Source of the DNA: Deltaproteobacteria bacterium
GTDB lineage: Bacteria; Myxococcota_A; Polyangia; Polyangiales; Houyiibacteriaceae
Length of the DNA: 64,000 nucleotides
Direction: 5' to 3'
Assembly (NCBI GenBank): GCA_034670305.1
Contig: JAXMNT010000015.1
Location: 32,001 to 96,000, forward strand
The translations under genes and the position numbers were made by a program. The notes below the pieces were generated by a model. That model searched no databases, was not told the origin of the DNA, and saw nothing but the letters and a program-made list of their open reading frames with translations. The first letter of the stretch is position 1. Every line of letters starts with the position of its first letter. This document shows positions 60,308 through 64,000 of this stretch, one piece after another.

Positions 60308-62716
60308 TCAGGAGTCCGTCGAGGGCGGACCGCCGCCCTCGTCTTTTTCCGGACGACGACGACGCCTGCGACGCGGACGATCTCCGTCGTCGCCTCCGCC
60401 ACCCTCGCCGCCGCCGCCGCCTTCACCGCCGCCGCCGCCTTCACGGCGCGGTCCACGACCACCACGGCCACCGTCGCGTCCGCCACGGCCACCGTCGCGT
60501 CCGCCACGGCCACCGTCGCGTCCGCCACGGCCACCGTCGCGTCCACGACCACCGTCGCGTCCACGACCGCGGTCACCGCGGTCGCCACGATCGGACCGGG
60601 CCGCGCGGCGCTTCTCTTCTTCTTCGTCGAAGCCTTCGGGCTTCTCGAGCAGCGGCTTGAGGGAGACCTTCAGGCGGCCTTCCCGGTCGACGCTCGAGAC
60701 GACGACTTCGATCTCGTCGCCCAGTTTGACGACATCGTCGACCGACTCGACGAACTCGTACGACATGTCCGTGATGTGGAGGAGGCCTTCCTTGCCGGGG
60801 GCGATCTCCACGAACGCGCCGTAGCGCTCGACGCGCTTGACGAGACCCTTGTACTTCGCGCCGATCTCGGGCTCGGTGGTCAGGCCTTCGATGATGGCGA
60901 TGGCCTTGAGCACGGCTTCCGGATCGGAACCCGCAACCGCCACGGTGCCGTCGTCGCTGACGTCGATCTTGGCGCCCGTCTGGTCGACGATGGCCTTGAT
61001 CATCTTGCCGCCCGGTCCGATGACCAGACGAATCTGGTCCGGCTTCACCTTGATGGTGGTGATGCGCGGGGCGTGCTTGCTGAGCTCGGGACGCTGGGTC
61101 GCGAGCACTTCGTTCATCTTGTCGAGGATGTGCAGCCGACCGCGGCGGGCCTGCTGAAGGGCCTCGAGCATGACCTCGTTGCTGAGGCCATCGACCTTGA
61201 TGTCCATCTGGATCGCGGTGATGCCCTTGGAGGTGCCACAGACCTTGAAGTCCATGTCGCCGAGGTGGTCTTCGTCACCGAGGATGTCCGTGAGGACGGC
61301 GTACTTGTCGCCTTCCATGATGAGACCCATCGCGACGCCCGCGCAGGGCGCCTTGATCGGCACACCAGCGTCCATGAGCGCGAGCGAGCCGCCACACACC
61401 GAAGCCATGGAGGACGAGCCGTTCGACTCGGTGATCTCCGAGACGATGCGCATCGTGTAGGGGAACTCTTCTTTGGAGGGAAGGAGTCCACGAAGGGCGC
61501 GCTCGGCCAGGTTGCCGTGGCCGATCTCGCGACGGCCCGGTCCCCGGAGGAACTTGGTCTCGCCGACCGAGTAGGGCGGGAAGTTGTAGTGGAGGAAGAA
61601 GTTGTTCCAGTACGACTCCATGAGGCCGTCGATCTTCTGCTCGTCCGCAGCGGTGCCGAGGGTCGCAGTGACGATGGCCTGGGTCTCGCCGCGGGTGAAC
61701 AGCGAGGAGCCGTGCACGCGGGGAAGAAGACCGGCTTCGATCGCGATCGGGCGAACCGTCTCGTAGTCGCGTCCGTCGACGCGGCGTTTGTCGTCGAGGA
61801 CCTGCGCACGCATCGTGTGGAACTGAAGGTCCGAGAACGCGGCCTTCACGTCGTCGATGTTGTCCGGGAAGGTGTCGGCGAGGTCGGCGACGACGGCCTT
61901 CTTGGCCGCCTTGAACGCTGCGTAGCGCTCGTGTTTGACGGCGACGTTGCAGCATTCCTTGATGCGCGCGAGGCCGACTTCTTTGACCTTGGTGTCGATG
62001 GCGGGGTCGCGGGTCGCGGGCGTGTAGACCCACTTTTCCTTGCCGGCCGCTTCCTGCATCTGCTGCTGCAGCTTGAGGATCGGCTGAAGGGCCGCGTGGC
62101 CGAACGCGATGGCGGCGAGGAGGTCTTCTTCCGTCGCTTGGTCCGCTTGGCCTTCGACCATCATGATCGCGTCGGGGCCGGCGGCCACGATGATCTCGAT
62201 GTCGGCTTCCTTCGACTGAGCGAAGCTCGGGTTGGCGACGAACTCACCGTTGAGGCGTGCGACGCGGACGCCGCCGATCGGGCCCTTGAACGGGACCTCG
62301 CAGAGCATGAGCGCCGCCGAAGCACCGCACATCGCGAGCACGTCGGTGGGGTGCTCGGGATCCGCGGACATCACCGTGGCGATGACCTGGATCTCGGCGC
62401 GGTAGCCGTCGGGGAAGAGCGGGCGACACGGACGGTCGATGAGACGGCTCGTGAGCACTTCGTGGTCGCGGAGGCGGCCTTCGCGCTTGAAGAAGCCGCC
62501 CGGGATCTTGCCGGCCGAGTACGTCTTCTCGACGTAGTCCACGGTGAGCGGGAGGAAGTGCTGATGGGGGCGCGCCTCTTCGGCACCGCAAACGGTGACG
62601 AGGACAACGGACTCTCCGCAGCTCACGAGCACGGATCCGCCCGCCTGTTTGGCGATGCGACCCGTCTCGAGCGTGACCGACTTGTCGCCGACCTTCACGG
62701 ACTCTCGAATGATCAT
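60308..62716 (-). CDS. pnp: Polyribonucleotide nucleotidyltransferase (PNPase)
   Basis: ETGRIAKQA, PLTVDY, GKIPGGFFKREG, RLIDRP.RPLF, HGSSLFTRGETQ, SNGSSSMAS, GDMDFKV, KH and S1 domains, RGG-rich tail. Confidence 0.98.
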   Translation of the reverse strand: MIIRESVKVGDKSVTLETGRIAKQAGGSVLVSCGESVVLVTVCGAEEARPHQHFLPLTVDYVEKTYSAGKIPGGFFKREGRLRDHEVLTSRLIDRPCRPLFPDGYRAEIQVIATVMSADPEHPTDVLAMCGASAALMLCEVPFKGPIGGVRVARLNGEFVANPSFAQSKEADIEIIVAAGPDAIMMVEGQADQATEEDLLAAIAFGHAALQPILKLQQQMQEAAGKEKWVYTPATRDPAIDTKVKEVGLARIKECCNVAVKHERYAAFKAAKKAVVADLADTFPDNIDDVKAAFSDLQFHTMRAQVLDDKRRVDGRDYETVRPIAIEAGLLPRVHGSSLFTRGETQAIVTATLGTAADEQKIDGLMESYWNNFFLHYNFPPYSVGETKFLRGPGRREIGHGNLAERALRGLLPSKEEFPYTMRIVSEITESNGSSSMASVCGGSLALMDAGVPIKAPCAGVAMGLIMEGDKYAVLTDILGDEDHLGDMDFKVCGTSKGITAIQMDIKVDGLSNEVMLEALQQARRGRLHILDKMNEVLATQRPELSKHAPRITTIKVKPDQIRLVIGPGGKMIKAIVDQTGAKIDVSDDGTVAVAGSDPEAVLKAIAIIEGLTTEPEIGAKYKGLVKRVERYGAFVEIAPGKEGLLHITDMSYEFVESVDDVVKLGDEIEVVVSSVDREGRLKVSLKPLLEKPEGFDEEEEKRRAARSDRGDRGDRGRGRDGGRGRDGGRGGRDGGRGGRDGGRGGRDGGRGGRGPRREGGGGGEGGGGGEGGGGDDGDRPRRRRRRRPEKDEGGGPPSTDS

Positions 62717-62990
62717 GTGGTTCTCCGCCAGTCTCCGGCGCAGGTGGCGCGGGAGCTGGTCGTTCTTGGGTTCAGTAGCTGAACTCGGAAGGCGGAGACT
62801 GAAGCTCGGTCCTCGGTCAGAACGCTCGAAATCGCGGAGTTTCGCGTGCGAGCCCTCGGAACGAGGTACGAACCAGCTGCCCCGTCCTTCGGAGCCGCCG
62901 CATTCTGTCCGACCCGCCCCAAAACGCAACCCCGGACGGCGGCCGTGAGCGACCGCACGCACCTGGTCGGGTGTCGACCGGTCCGCGCGC

Positions 62991-64000
62991 TCAGCTCGGC
63001 GGGATCAACGAGACCTCGGTGGGCGAGTGAAGCGGCATGCCCTCCGAACCCACCCCCAGCTGGCCGTGGGTGTTGCGGCCCCAGCAATGGAGTGCGCCCA
63101 GCACGTCGATGCCGCACACATGCGCTTCCCCTGCGCTCACGAACCGCCAGACCCGGCCGCCCGCGACCTCCACCAACCCCGCCCCTGAGCTGTCGCTGGG
63201 GCCGTCGCCCAGTTGCTGGTCGTCGTCCGTGCCGCTGCAGAACACGTGACCGTCCGCACGGGTCAGACACCGGAAGCCGAGCCCCACGGTGACCGCGGCG
63301 TACACATCGGCGTCGTAGGTGGTGTAGGTGACCAAGACCGTGCGGATCTGATCCCAGCACACGACGGCGCCCGTCGTCGTCACCGCACACATCTCGACCG
63401 CGGTCGGCGCCACGTCCGCGAGAGCCAACCACTCTTGCCCGTCCGGCGGGATCATCTCGAGCGGGGTCGCCCGCCGAAAGCCAGCGAACCGGCCCCAGCA
63501 GTAGATCTGCGACCCCCGACGGGCGCAGGTGGCGTCGCCCAACGAGTCGAGCTCGTCCCAATCGGTGAAGCCGCCGGCCAGGAGCGAGCCGGTCAGGCGC
63601 GGACTGGTCAACGTGTCGTCGCCCGCCTGTCCCTCGGTGTTCTGACCCCAGCACCGAATGCTCCCAACGCTTCCTGCGTCGGCGTCGACCGCGCAGCTGT
63701 GGGCGCGTGCGCTCGCGATGCCGGAGACGCTCGGGGTGACTGTCATGTCGACGGGGCTGAGCCGCTCCGCCGTGGTTCCATCGCCGACCTGCCCGAACTC
63801 GTTCTCGCCCCAGCATCGGGCCCCGCCGTCGCTCTGCACGCCACACGCGACCGTGAGGCCGCTGTCGATCGACACATACCCTTGCGGCCCCGACACCGGT
63901 ACATCGGGGGAGGATCGGGTCGGGGTGCCGGCGATGCCACGGCCGAGCGAGCCGTTCAGGTTGCGGCCCCAGCAGAACGCCACGCCGTCGCCGCGAACCG
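62991..64000 (-). CDS. RCC1-repeat protein (5' end beyond the window)
   Basis: Repeated CWG.N..GQ.G.G and HSCA/HVCG motifs. Confidence 0.9.
   Translation of the reverse strand, partial: VRGDGVAFCWGRNLNGSLGRGIAGTPTRSSPDVPVSGPQGYVSIDSGLTVACGVQSDGGARCWGENEFGQVGDGTTAERLSPVDMTVTPSVSGIASARAHSCAVDADAGSVGSIRCWGQNTEGQAGDDTLTSPRLTGSLLAGGFTDWDELDSLGDATCARRGSQIYCWGRFAGFRRATPLEMIPPDGQEWLALADVAPTAVEMCAVTTTGAVVCWDQIRTVLVTYTTYDADVYAAVTVGLGFRCLTRADGHVFCSGTDDDQQLGDGPSDSSGAGLVEVAGGRVWRFVSAGEAHVCGIDVLGALHCWGRNTHGQLGVGSEGMPLHSPTEVSLIPPS

Noticed and set aside
60296-62782. 828-aa ORF on the + strand
   Set aside because: Antisense shadow of pnp.

Overview
High-GC (roughly 70% by eye) bacterial chromosomal segment. 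Its gene content points to a myxobacterium (Myxococcota, probably Polyangia/Sandaracinaceae-like; this is inference): MopE-, Stig1- and keratin-like Cys-rich lipoproteins, an RCC1-repeat protein, a CsgA-like SDR, an RpoH-like sigma factor and a Ser/Thr pseudokinase. About 50 CDS are supported, including housekeeping rarA, aroC, dut and pnp. I recognised no rRNA, tRNA, CRISPR array or transposase. The most striking non-genic signal is a dispersed family of intergenic hexamer tracts, (TCGGNN)n often joined to (GGGCAM)n G-quadruplex-type runs. They lie in the same orientation across 57 kb whatever the gene direction, two share a near-identical 30-bp motif, some have been captured in-frame into genes, and two flank a lower-GC island. 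That island carries an orphan Rhs toxin tip (PHYHRR...RHRPW), a putative immunity gene and a truncated MopE gene. Other highlights: a ~145-nt rod-like candidate ncRNA (52823-52966), a structured leader before an Arg-rich gene (19357-19420), a second dispersed 21-bp repeat, a baseplate-hub-like/zincin fusion, and an ECF sigma operon divergent from a VWA lipoprotein. All family assignments come from motif recognition by eye, with no database searches.
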